Of a stretch of 64,000 nucleotides of DNA, positions 1 through 10,217 are shown in pieces. The notes below the pieces were generated by a model. The model was not told the DNA's origin. It saw nothing but the letters and a program-made list of their open reading frames with translations, and made no database searches. This DNA is from Eledone cirrhosa (lineage: Eukaryota). The translations under genes and the position numbers were made by a program. The stretch spans positions 34,782,001-34,846,000 of the forward strand of contig OZ024754.1 of the NCBI GenBank assembly GCA_964016885.1, in the 5' to 3' direction. The first letter of the stretch is position 1. Each line of letters starts with the position of its first letter.

Positions 1-419
1 CTGTCAGCAATTTTTTAATGTATCAGACTGAGGAAGAAGGATAGTGCCCATAGCCTTTTTTCAGGACCTCTCAAACTGAGATTGAGAGGAGAAAGAAGAA
101 GTGGTTATACCCTGACTCAACACAGGTCCTCTCTGAAACTGTGAATGGGAAGAGGAAGAGGTGGTTATCCCCTGACTGGAATTCTGGCTTGTATGTCTAC
201 AACAGAGTGGATTCCAGTGAAAGTACTCAAGAGACAGATTTTGGTAGTAAACATTAAACAGGACAACAGATTAAGTCCACCCCACCCAACAGTACAATTT
301 CTGCCTGTGGAACTAAGGCTACAGTAGAATATATTTGCTGTAGGTGCTGTGCAGTGGGATTTAACATGAAACTAGATAGTTGTGAAGCAAATTCCTTCAC
401 CATATAGCCATGGTAGAAG

Positions 420-625
420 AAGCAAGCTGTGGGAATATTCTCTTTTTCAGATTAGCAAAACCAAATTGTAGGAGACCCAAGGGTAGACCTCGAGCAAGAT
501 GGATGGATAACATCCATGAGCTTGGCTGGTCTCTCTTGGGGATCCCACCAAATCAACTGGAGACAGTTGCTTCTAACTAACTGGAAGGAGTGTTTGAGGA
601 CTCTGCTCCCAACGAACCTCGCAGT
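420..625 (+). mobile_element. RTE-type LINE 3' fragment
   Basis: Encodes a degenerate RPKGRPRARWMDNIHEL; homologous to the minus-strand copy at ~31745-32160. Confidence 0.6.
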
Positions 626-1218
626 AATAAGTGGACGAAGAAAAAGCATAGATGGTATGCCAGACAAATAGCTAGGGGTACAGTTAGTGAAACAGTCAGA
701 GACCAGTTAAAGGATACTGTTGAATTATTTCAATGGCATTGGTGCTGTTCAACTTTAAGTGATATGGAATATATTGCAGGCTGGAGTTTAGTCTAGCAAA
801 AGAGAAAAATGTTTGAAAAATTCACAAAAGAATAAAAAATAGCGAAAATATTTAGCACATCATTTAGGTAGAATTTTGAAGTTGATGAAAATCAGTAAAA
901 TATTAACCTTATATAACCCACCATTTTACCATTAACTTTTTGTCATGTATTTTTCGGCTTATATATGAATATATACAGTAATATTAATTTTTAATGTCCT
1001 GTACCACATGAAACCACATTGACAAGACATTCTTAAAAAGTACAATACAGCACTATGACTGTATCACATTAAAATTGAAATCTTAAATATTGCAAATATG
1101 ATTTGTCCATGAGTAAAGATACTATAAACACTTGAATTAACAAACCTGCTTTCAGATATTTTCTGCTAAACTATTATAGGAAGTTAAGAGTTGAAGAAAG
1201 TGAAAAAAAAAATCTTAC

Positions 1219-3301
1219 TGGGCACAGGAAGTTATTAAGGATGCACTTTTGCAGCCACCGACTCTCTTTTCTGCATGAAGAATTTGTCTGTGTAAATTAT
1301 TGAGTTCAACAGTATCATAGTCTATGACACCAAGCTTGCCTGCAACAGAACAGAAATGATAGCTTTATGGAAAATACAAATAAAATTAAATGTAATATCT
1401 ATGTATCATCATTGTCGTTATTATTTGACTGTTTTCTAATCTGGCATGGGTTGGACAGGCTGTCACAGTCTGTGATGAGATAGGTTGGAGAGATTTCATT
1501 TTACTGATATTCCATATTTGGCATGGTTTCTATAACTTGATGCTGGCAGAGTCTTTCATTCAAAATATAGTAATGAAATGGGTTAATGAAGTAGAAATAA
1601 ATATATAAACTGGCTTACCAATTCCAGCAGCAGCAAGATAGATTGCTGCAGGACAGCCTAAACCTCCAGCACCGACAATTAAGACACTTGTTTGAAATAA
1701 ATTCTTCTGTCCTAGAAGAAAAAAGAAAAGAAAAAAAAGGAAAAGAGCTGATAGTCAGATAGGTTTAAAGAAACAATGTTTTCATTAGTTTTTCTATCTG
1801 CCAGTCACAACTCCTGGCAGAAGAAAGGAGCTGATTGTCAGGTAAGAGCAAAGAATGTTTCCATTGCTGGTACTAGCTTCTTGCAGAAGTAAAGACTGGT
1901 CATCAGATCAGACCAAGGAAATAATGTTTCTATTGGTCTTTCCATTGTTGGTACCATTAGCAATATGACATATAGTATTTTGCTGAAGAACATCACTGCC
2001 AATTCCAGGAATCAAACCAACAACATTATCATTAGGAATCTAACACCCTAACCACTAGGCCACATGCCCTCACACGAAAGGAATACAATAAAATAATATG
2101 ATCACCATGCTGGGAATAAGCTTTGACCTGATGGGCTTGAGGCAGACTTAAAAACACTAGAATAAGATAGTTAATACAAAACATTGTGAGTTATGAAATA
2201 AATGACTGATAAGTTTTGGAAAGCCAATAGAATATTTCAGGGCTATTACCCTCTTTTTCAAAGGGTTCAAAGAGGAACAGAATTTCAATACCTTTTACTC
2301 CAATTTCAGGAAGAATAAGCTGTCTACTGTATCGGGAAATGGCTTCATTAGTAAGTGAGATCTCTTCATTTGTCAGCAGAGGTATGGATGTAAGTTGATT
2401 TAAGTCAGTTAGTGGTGGAAATGCTGGTGACTCCTGGAATAAAGATACCAACATTATCATTGTTGAAGATATCAACATTATCATTGTTTAAGATACCAAC
2501 ACTTATTATTATAATCGAAGGCACTTCTTCGGCAACGACGACCAGTGTTCCAATCAATGGAACAGCCTGCTCATGAAATTAACGTGCAAGTGGCTGAGCA
2601 TTCCATAAACACGCGTACCCTTAACGTAGTTTTCAGGAAGATTCGGCGTGGCAAGACTGGCCCTTCGAATTAGATACAACTCATTTTTGCCACCTGGGTG
2701 AACTAGAGTAACATGAAATAAAGTGTCTTGCTCAAGGACACAGCGCGTCATCAGGAATCGAACTCACGGCCTTACGATCGTGAGCCGAATTCCCTAACCA
2801 CAAAGCCACTCGCCTATTATATATATCTCTTCTGCTATCTATTATTCTGTGGCGAGTTTACGAGTCTGGCGTGTTGCACCAAGTTAGCAATCTAAATATT
2901 TTGATATAGAAGTGTTTTACGACAGTTTAACACACGTGTTTATTACGCACCTTTTTTCTCATCCCTCAAACCCAACACACACATATATATAAATATATAT
3001 ATACATACATTATTCACTAGACAGCCAGATGACATGATCAAGCTAAAACTTCGAAGTCCCTGTCACTTTGCTCTTCAGAACATAAAATGTACATTCTACT
3101 TACAAGCATTGAGTGATCATTGTCAATGTTTTAAATGCAACGTTATTTTAAAGAACCATTCCTAGATATTTATTATTTATATAAAAAGTCAATAATTTCC
3201 AATACCTTTTTATCTAATTTTTCCTTTAAACGGCGTATTTCTTCATTTTGTTCGTTTATTATCATCCGCATTGTTTTAATTTCGTCCGTTTCATTAGCCA
3301 T
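1219..3301 (-). CDS. MOCS3: Adenylyltransferase/sulfurtransferase MOCS3 (UBA4), 5' part; exons 3301-3206, 2433-2292, 1711-1619, 1339-1219; gene continues beyond the left edge
   Basis: Manually spliced GT-AG exons with consistent phases give [35 protein letters not shown]...[69 protein letters not shown]. This is the MoeB/ThiF E1-like domain (RYSRQ, GxGGLG, NLHRQ) preceded by an N-terminal coiled coil. Confidence 0.93.
2530..2815 (-). mobile_element. tRNA-derived SINE (family B head)
   Basis: Reverse strand has GTGGTTAGG...GTGAGTTCGATTCC (A/B-box-like), then GTCCTTGAGCAAGACACTTTATTTCA, which is shared with several copies in the window. Confidence 0.7.
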
Positions 3302-3552
3302 GTTGCTTTCGCTTTACTTTCTAGGATTATCTCCCTTGGCGATAGCATTCCGCCCCTCTCACTTCGTTTAAAAATAAGAGTTCTATGAGTGTTATTTGGA
3401 CCTCCGTCGGTTTCTAAGAAGAGTTTTACAGTTGTTCGATAGACGGAAGAAGCTGCTGATGAAATTAATGTATAAGTGGCTGAGCGTTCCACATCTTTAA
3501 TGTAGTTCTCAGGGAGATTCAATGTGATAAAGCTGATCATTTGAATTACAGG

Positions 3553-3720
3553 TACGAGGGTGGGCTGAAAGGTTCATAGGCTGACTATGAAGGAGTAATG
3601 CTAGTGCTGTGAAATCTTGCAGGCGTTAATTTCAAAGCTTATTAATAACTTCATTGTTTCTTTCCATGTAAACTGACTGTTCAAAGAAGACTTCAAAAGT
3701 AAAGTTAGAATGTAGTTTTT
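3553..3720. mobile_element. Tc1/mariner-like MITE fragment (related copies ~15430-15585 and ~39560-39745)
   Basis: TACGAGGGTGGGCTGAAAGGTTCATAGGCTGAC end here; the complementary end GGTCAGCCTATGA(A/C)..TTTCAGCTGA is seen in the other copies. Confidence 0.55.
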
Positions 3721-3944
3721 ATAATAATAACATTGCTGATACATAAATGCATTCTTGATTTTTATATCGAATAATATTCGATTCTGTTGCAAGCAAACAA
3801 CCTTATTACGCTGTGTTTATTTAGGGGGAGGGGAACATTGATTAAATTAATCCGAGTGCATCACTGGTACTTTATTTTATCCAACTCATGAGGATGAAAG
3901 ACAAAGTTAAACTCAGTGGAATTTGAACCATATAAAAACACTCT

Positions 3945-5232
3945 TTAAAGTAGTAGTGCTGGTGTCACAATAAAATACACCCTGTACACATTGTAAAGTG
4001 GTAGTATTGGTGTCACAATAAAATACACCCTGTACACATTGTAAAGTGGTAGTGGTAGTGTCACAATAAAATACACCCTGTACACATTGTAAAGTGGTAG
4101 TATTGGTGTCACAATAAAATACACTCAGTACACATTGTAAAGTGGTAGTATTGGTGTCACAATAAAATACACTCAGTACACATTGTAAAGTGGTAGTATT
4201 GGTGTCACAATAAAATACACCCTGTACACATTGTAAAGTGGTAGTATTGGTGTCACAATAAAATACACCCTGTACACATTGTAAAGTGGTAGTATTGGTG
4301 TCACAATAAAATACACCCTGTACACATTGTAAAGTGGTAGTATTGGTGTCACAATAAAATACACCCTGTACACATTGTAAAGTGGTAGTATTGGTGTCAC
4401 AATAAAATACACCCTGTACACATTGTAAAGTGGTAGTATTGGTGTCACAATAAAATACACCCTGTACACATTGTAAAGTGGTAGTATTGGTGTCACAATA
4501 AAATACACCCTGTACACATTGTAAAGTGGTAGTATTGGTGTCACAATAAAATACACTCAGTACACATTGTAAAGTGGTATTGGTGTCACAATAAAATACA
4601 CCCTGTACACATTGTAAAGTGGTAGTATTGGTGTCACAATAAAATACACCCTGTACACATTGTAAAGTGGTAGTGGTAGTGCCACAATAAAATACACCCT
4701 GTACACATTGTAAAGTGGTAGTGGTAGTGTCACAATAAAATACACCCTGTACACATTGTAAAGTGGTAGTGGTAGTGTCACAATAAAATACACCCTGTAC
4801 ACATTGTAAAGTGGTAGTGGTAGTGCCACAATAAAATACACCCTGTACACATTGTAAAGTGGTAGTGGTAGTGTCACAATAAAATACACCCTGTACACAT
4901 TGTAAAGTGGTAGTATTGGTGTCACAATAAAATACACCCTGTACACATCGTAAAGTGGTAGTATTGGTGTCACAATAAAATACACCCTGTACACATTGTA
5001 AAGTGGTAGTATTGGTGTCACAATAAAATACACCCTGTACACATTGTAAAGTGGTAGTATTGGTGTCACAATAAAATACACTCAGTACTCATTGTAAAGT
5101 GGTTTTGGTGTCACAATAAAATACACCCTGTACACATTGTAAAGTGGTAGTATTGGTGTCACAATAAAATACACCCTGTACACATTGTAAAGTGGTAGTA
5201 TTGGTGTCACAATAAAATACACCCTGTACACA
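3945..5232. repeat. 48-bp satellite array, left part
   Basis: Unit TCACAATAAAATACACCCTGTACACATTGTAAAGTGGTAGTATTGGTG repeated in tandem; GGTAGTGCC and CTCAG variants occur. Confidence 0.98.
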
Positions 5233-6062
5233 CAGACATATAATAAAGATGGCGACAAGGAAGGTCGCTTGACCACGTCTTGACCAAACAAAATATAATA
5301 TTTTCACCAAAAACTGCCCTTTAAACACATGTCAGATGGATTACAATATTCATTATTACAATTACTTTCACTGTTCCCTAACAACTAGTACCAGTTTCAA
5401 GATAGAATTATCTTAACGAAGTATATATAATTTCACTTGATTTTCGCCAACGAACCACGTGTGGACATGGACGGGGAAAAAAGGAAAAAAAACAAAACAA
5501 ATCACTACGTCCCTTAAGGATCGCAGTAAGTACTCCACAAAACATATAAACAACAATATACACACAGATTTATATACAGATACATACCATATGCATATAC
5601 ACACACGTGAAAAGAAACCACACTATTGCGTGTGAGACACTATACCGGCCAATTTTACCAATTTACATTGGTAAAATATTTCTTAACATTGACCTCGCTT
5701 CTAACCCACATACACCTTTTAATTATATATATATATACTAGCAGCTGAAAGTTAATAATTTGAAAAAAAAAAAAAAAAAAAAAAATATTATTGAAAGTTT
5801 ACTATAAAGAAGCAGTATCAGGGGAAAAAAAAAAAACAAAAAAAAAAAAAAACGTTATTCGCTGTTAATAAACAACTGCCTTCTACAGTACGTTTCATTT
5901 AACTTTCGCACCATATTTATTTGTTTACATGCACAGACTCTTCTACACACACACAACATTTAGGAAAACGGAAACAAAATACACAAAAAAAACAGACATT
6001 TTATTTCTATCGTAATCAAGTGCGCTAAACCTATATTGTTTACATTCTGTGTTTTTCTACGG

Positions 6063-7292
6063 ATGGGTAGAAATAACAAAATTGCCATGGTGATGTCCAT
6101 CGATGAAATTTGCGACAAAACTGGTCGATGTCCAAAAATAGAACATTGCCCGGAAGATCACACCTGCCATATCTGTACGGAACCCGAAAACTCGTTCCGT
6201 AATCGCTGGGTCGAATGTGGAACCTGTCGCATCTCTGTCTGCCTTCAATGCGCCACAGGCTTCCGGAAGATCCCAGGCCAAAATAAGAAACATCACATTG
6301 CTACGATGGATAGACTCTGGGAGATGGTCCAGCTAACAAACTGGTCCTTTCAGTGCCTGGGCTGTATGCCTGCTTCTCCCATTACTGCGGAACAACAACA
6401 AAGACCGAAGATCGTGTCTTCTACCATTGTTCCTGAACAACAACAACAAAAACCGAGGATCGTGTCTTCCTCTACCATTGTCGCTGAACAACAGCAAAAA
6501 CCAACGACCGTAGCTTCTGCTACTACCCCCGTTGAAGGACTTCATCAACAACAGCAACCCATGTCTTCCTCACCCGTTACTTTTCAACAACAACAACCGA
6601 CGACTGTGTCTTCTACCATTCCTGTTGAAGGAGAAGAACAACAACAAAAACCGACCGTCAATACGGAGTTTGAGGAAATACGGCAAATGATTTCCGCTTT
6701 AAGTCAAGAAATAGCGGAAATAAAATCAAGCGTTCGTGTAGAACCCCACAATGAGGGATCTTACCGGAGTGCCTTGTTAAAAAATCTCCGCGTACCTCAT
6801 GTTGAACCTAGACGCATTGAGAATGCCACTGAAACTGCAAACCACGAAGTGATTGCCATCGGTGTGCCGGAAGACATAGTTGATCTTCAGGCATTTGCTA
6901 CCAGTTCATCCAAAGACCTGGGCTGTGCTCCCGCAAAGGGTGCTCTACGCCTTGGCCGACCAGGCCCGAAACCCAGGTTAATTAGACTGTCGTTTTCAAA
7001 CTCGGCTGAGGCACGTTCATACCTTCTAGCCTCTGATAAAGCTAGGCGTGAAAGTCGGATTGCTTTCCGAACACGTCCTGGTCTTCCACCTGATGTCCGC
7101 CCAAAGTTGCGTGCTGCAGCTTCCCTAAACCGCAGCTCGGCAGAACATGAAAGCTTCAGCCTACGAGATGATGGGCAGATATGGAGGTTTGTTAAGGCTG
7201 GCGAATCATGGAAAAGAGACACCAGCTGGTCTGAAAACAGTGTACCCACAACAACTGACAATAAAGAAACTGAAAAAACTCTGGGAAACTAA
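6063..7292 (+). CDS. LINE ORF1p: PHD-like Cys finger, Q/T/P-rich repeats, coiled coil, RRM-like region
   Basis: CHIC...WVECGTC...CLQC...FQCLGC; EFEEIRQMISALSQEIAEIK heptads; RLGRPGPKPRLIRLSF motif typical of CR1/L2 ORF1. First ATG is at 6063 (the track starts at a TTG at 6036). Confidence 0.85.
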   Translation: MGRNNKIAMVMSIDEICDKTGRCPKIEHCPEDHTCHICTEPENSFRNRWVECGTCRISVCLQCATGFRKIPGQNKKHHIATMDRLWEMVQLTNWSFQCLGCMPASPITAEQQQRPKIVSSTIVPEQQQQKPRIVSSSTIVAEQQQKPTTVASATTPVEGLHQQQQPMSSSPVTFQQQQPTTVSSTIPVEGEEQQQKPTVNTEFEEIRQMISALSQEIAEIKSSVRVEPHNEGSYRSALLKNLRVPHVEPRRIENATETANHEVIAIGVPEDIVDLQAFATSSSKDLGCAPAKGALRLGRPGPKPRLIRLSFSNSAEARSYLLASDKARRESRIAFRTRPGLPPDVRPKLRAAASLNRSSAEHESFSLRDDGQIWRFVKAGESWKRDTSWSENSVPTTTDNKETEKTLGN

Positions 7293-10111
7293 ATCAGAAC
7301 AACCTGCCATCCCCTGCACATAATCATAGACTGGAATCAAAGTACAAACTGTTGTCCTTGAATGCACGTAGTCTATGCAATAAGATTCATCTTTTTGACT
7401 CCTACGTCAAAAGTATCAACCCGGACTTCATTACAGTCACGGAAACTTGGGCACATCCCTTACTCTGTGATGGGGTTTTCAGCATGACTGGCTACAACCT
7501 GTTTCGTAAAGACCGTATTAATCGTCGTGGTGGTGGTGTAATGGTCTACGTTCGGTCAAATCTGTCGGCAATTCCTTGTGCTGATTTGAACCAATCACAG
7601 CAGGAAGTTTTTTTCTGCGATATACGTATGACCATGTCAACACTGCTACTTGGAGTCGTTTACCGTCCCCCAAATTACTATCAGGACACTCAACTTTGTG
7701 ATATCCTCAGAGCTGCTGCCAGGAAGACAGCCACTTATGTTTTCATTGCAGGTGACTTCAATCACCCTGAGATTGACTGGGAGACCTTTCGTTGGCCGCC
7801 AAGTGCAAATGACTTCCTTGAGCTGGTGCTGGACTCGAGTTGGTCCCAGGTGGTCACCTCCCCAACGAGAGGTGACAACACTTTGGACCTACTCTTCACC
7901 ACTACTCCTGAAACGGTCATTAGTGTTACTGCTGAGGAACCTTTAGGTGACTCTGATCATGCTATGATCATTGCCAATCTATCCCTCATGGGCAGTAACA
8001 AGAACCACAACCATCTCCAAACTGCTCACTTTGACTGGAATAGAGCAGACTGGAACTGTTACTGCACCGAGTTGCAACGGCCAAACTGGCTTGAGTTCTA
8101 TGACTCTGGAGATGTCAACACTGTACTCCAGAACATCCTGAGCTCAATATGGACAGCATGTGCAGCATCGGTGCCACGTAAGCGGAAAAAACATCCTAAA
8201 AGCGCAATTTGGGAGACTGCAGCAGTCCGTCTTGCCAGAAAAGAACGGCGCAATGCTGAACGTGAGTACAAACTTCACAAATCAGACATTAATAGGAAGA
8301 GGCGAAATAGATCGTCCAACCACCTCAAACAGGTGACAAAAAAGGCAGTGCTTCAATTTGAGCAGCGCATAGCAACCAGCCCTGACAGTAAGGTGTTCTG
8401 GAAGTATGTTCACTCAAAGCAGAGGCCTCACTCTCCAGTTGGTCCTCTTCGCAATCCCCACACAAGCCAGGTTACTGACGACCCCAAGGAATGCGCAGAG
8501 CTCATTGCTGAATGCTATGCAGGCATTTTCACCATTGAAGACCAGAGTGTACCATCTCCACCACCTATGACACCGGACTCTATTACAACCATGGAATTTA
8601 CACCTGCAATGCTGCGACGTCACCTAAAAAATAAACGCAACCATGCCTCTCCTGGTCTTGATGGTGTTACGTACCTGCTTCTTAAACGTGGTGGGTACTT
8701 CCTTCTACGCCAGTTATCACGCTTCTTCCAATTCTGTCTGAACAACAGTGCTACTCCAGAACAGTGGAAAACTGCCAGTGTAATTCCTCTGTTCAAAAAG
8801 GGTGACCGCACATCACCTGTGAACTATCGTCCAGTCAGTCTTACTAGTTGCATCGCCAAACTGATGGAATCCTGTGTCAGAGAAACACTTTGGAACTTCT
8901 GGAGCTCTCACAGTCTTATCCGGCCTTCGCAATTTGGATTTATCCCCAACTCCAGCTGCTGTGATCAACTTATAGAGTTTCTTGAGGACATCACCCGGAT
9001 CACTGATGGCGGCTCATGGGTGGATGTTGTTTACCTTGACTTTGCGAAGGCCTTCAATTCTGTGCCGCACAAAAGGCTTATGGCAAAACTCTCTGCAATG
9101 GGTGTGAAGGATGATCTTTTTAACTGGTTGAAGTCCTTCATTCTCAGTCGAAGAGAGGTAGTCACGGTTCTGGGACAGCATTCCTCACCATATGAGATGT
9201 CATCTGGTGTACCTCAGGGATCTGTTCTTGGCCCCCTTTTGTTTGTGGCATATATTAATGACATAGATGCCAACTTAAGGAATGCCACAGTACTAAAGTA
9301 CGCAGACGACATCAAGCTGTACCTTGAGATAAAAAGGACAGATCCTGAACACTATAGATCTTGCTTGCAGTCTGACCTGGACACAATGCAACAGTGGATC
9401 TCAGACTGGCAACTCAAGCTAGCTGTGGACAAGTGCACCACCATGCATTTTGGGAGTAAAAACCCAGCGTCCACATACTCCCTCCACAGCACTAATATCA
9501 AGAAGTCTTCCTGTGAACGTGACCTGGGCATTACGGTCAGCAGCGATTTGCGTTGGACGAGGCACGTCTCTAAAATTGTCAAGAGGGCCGAGGGTGTCTT
9601 AGCATCACTCAGCAAGACCTTTGTCAGCCGCTCTCCAGATATCTATTTAAGGCTGTATACAGCTATGGTGCGACCACACTTAGAATTTGCATCACCAGTC
9701 TGGAACCCCTATCTTGCTCAGGACATTGACCGCCTGGAAACTGTTCAGAGACGTGCAACCAAGCGAATACCCTCCATCAGGCATCTACCATACTCTGATC
9801 GCCTTGCTTCCCTGGGCATGGATTCATTGAAGCTCCGACGCCTGGCAACTGACTTGGTAAACACCCACAAAATTGTTAACCATGTTGCCAACAACAACCC
9901 TGAGTGCCTTTTCGATTTCCATGTGTCTAACACACGTGGACATGCCCACAAAGTAAGAAAACAGCACAGTTCCCATGACTTTCGGAAACATTTTTTCACG
10001 CTCAGAGTTGCTGAAGCATGGAACAAACTACCTGCATCAGTTGTTAGCTGTCGAGACGCTGCATCCTTTAAGGCCTCCATGCTTCCCGAGATCCGCCAAC
10101 ACTACAGCTAA
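7274..10111 (+). CDS. LINE ORF2p: apurinic-like endonuclease + reverse transcriptase
   Basis: Endonuclease motifs NARS, TETW, GGGV, YRPP, GDFN, LDL, SDH; RT motifs QFGF, YLDFAKAF, GVPQGSVLGP, YADD; CR1-like C-terminus RGH..FFTLRV..WNKLP. The frame is open from 7274 and the first in-frame ATG is at 7484. Confidence 0.95.
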   Translation, partial: KNSGKLNQNNLPSPAHNHRLESKYKLLSLNARSLCNKIHLFDSYVKSINPDFITVTETWAHPLLCDGVFSMTGYNLFRKDRINRRGGGVMVYVRSNLSAIPCADLNQSQQEVFFCDIRMTMSTLLLGVVYRPPNYYQDTQLCDILRAAARKTATYVFIAGDFNHPEIDWETFRWPPSANDFLELVLDSSWSQVVTSPTRGDNTLDLLFTTTPETVISVTAEEPLGDSDHAMIIANLSLMGSNKNHNHLQTAHFDWNRADWNCYCTELQRPNWLEFYDSGDVNTVLQNILSSIWTACAASVPRKRKKHPKSAIWETAAVRLARKERRNAEREYKLHKSDINRKRRNRSSNHLKQVTKKAVLQFEQRIATSPDSKVFWKYVHSKQRPHSPVGPLRNPHTSQVTDDPKECAELIAECYAGIFTIEDQSVPSPPPMTPDSITTMEFTPAMLRRHLKNKRNHASPGLDGVTYLLLKRGGYFLLRQLSRFFQFCLNNSATPEQWKTASVIPLFKKGDRTSPVNYRPVSLTSCIAKLMESCVRETLWNFWSSHSLIRPSQFGFIPNSSCCDQLIEFLEDITRITDGGSWVDVVYLDFAKAFNSVPHKRLMAKLSAMGVKDDLFNWLKSFILSRREVVTVLGQHSSPYEMSSGVPQGSVLGPLLFVAYINDIDANLRNATVLKYADDIKLYLEIKRTDPEHYRSCLQSDLDTMQQWISDWQLKLAVDKCTTMHFGSKNPASTYSLHSTNIKKSSCERDLGITVSSDLRWTRHVSKIVKRAEGVLASLSKTFVSRSPDIYLRLYTAMVRPHLEFASPVWNPYLAQDIDRLETVQRRATKRIPSIRHLPYSDRLASLGMDSLKLRRLATDLVNTHKIVNHVANNNPECLFDFHVSNTRGHAHKVRKQHSSHDFRKHFFTLRVAEAWNKLPASVVSCRDAASFKASMLPEIRQHYS

Positions 10112-10217
10112 CACATACAAACATGTACTTCCCTGGCATTTGTGTATTATTCTATGTACTATATTGACGAGTTGTAGTGCACCTGAGCACTTTACACAAT
10201 AATTTCATTATTATTAT

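Noticed and set aside
6887-10080. Antisense and alternative-frame ORFs within the LINE
   Set aside because: Short shadows of the coding strand with no recognisable motifs.
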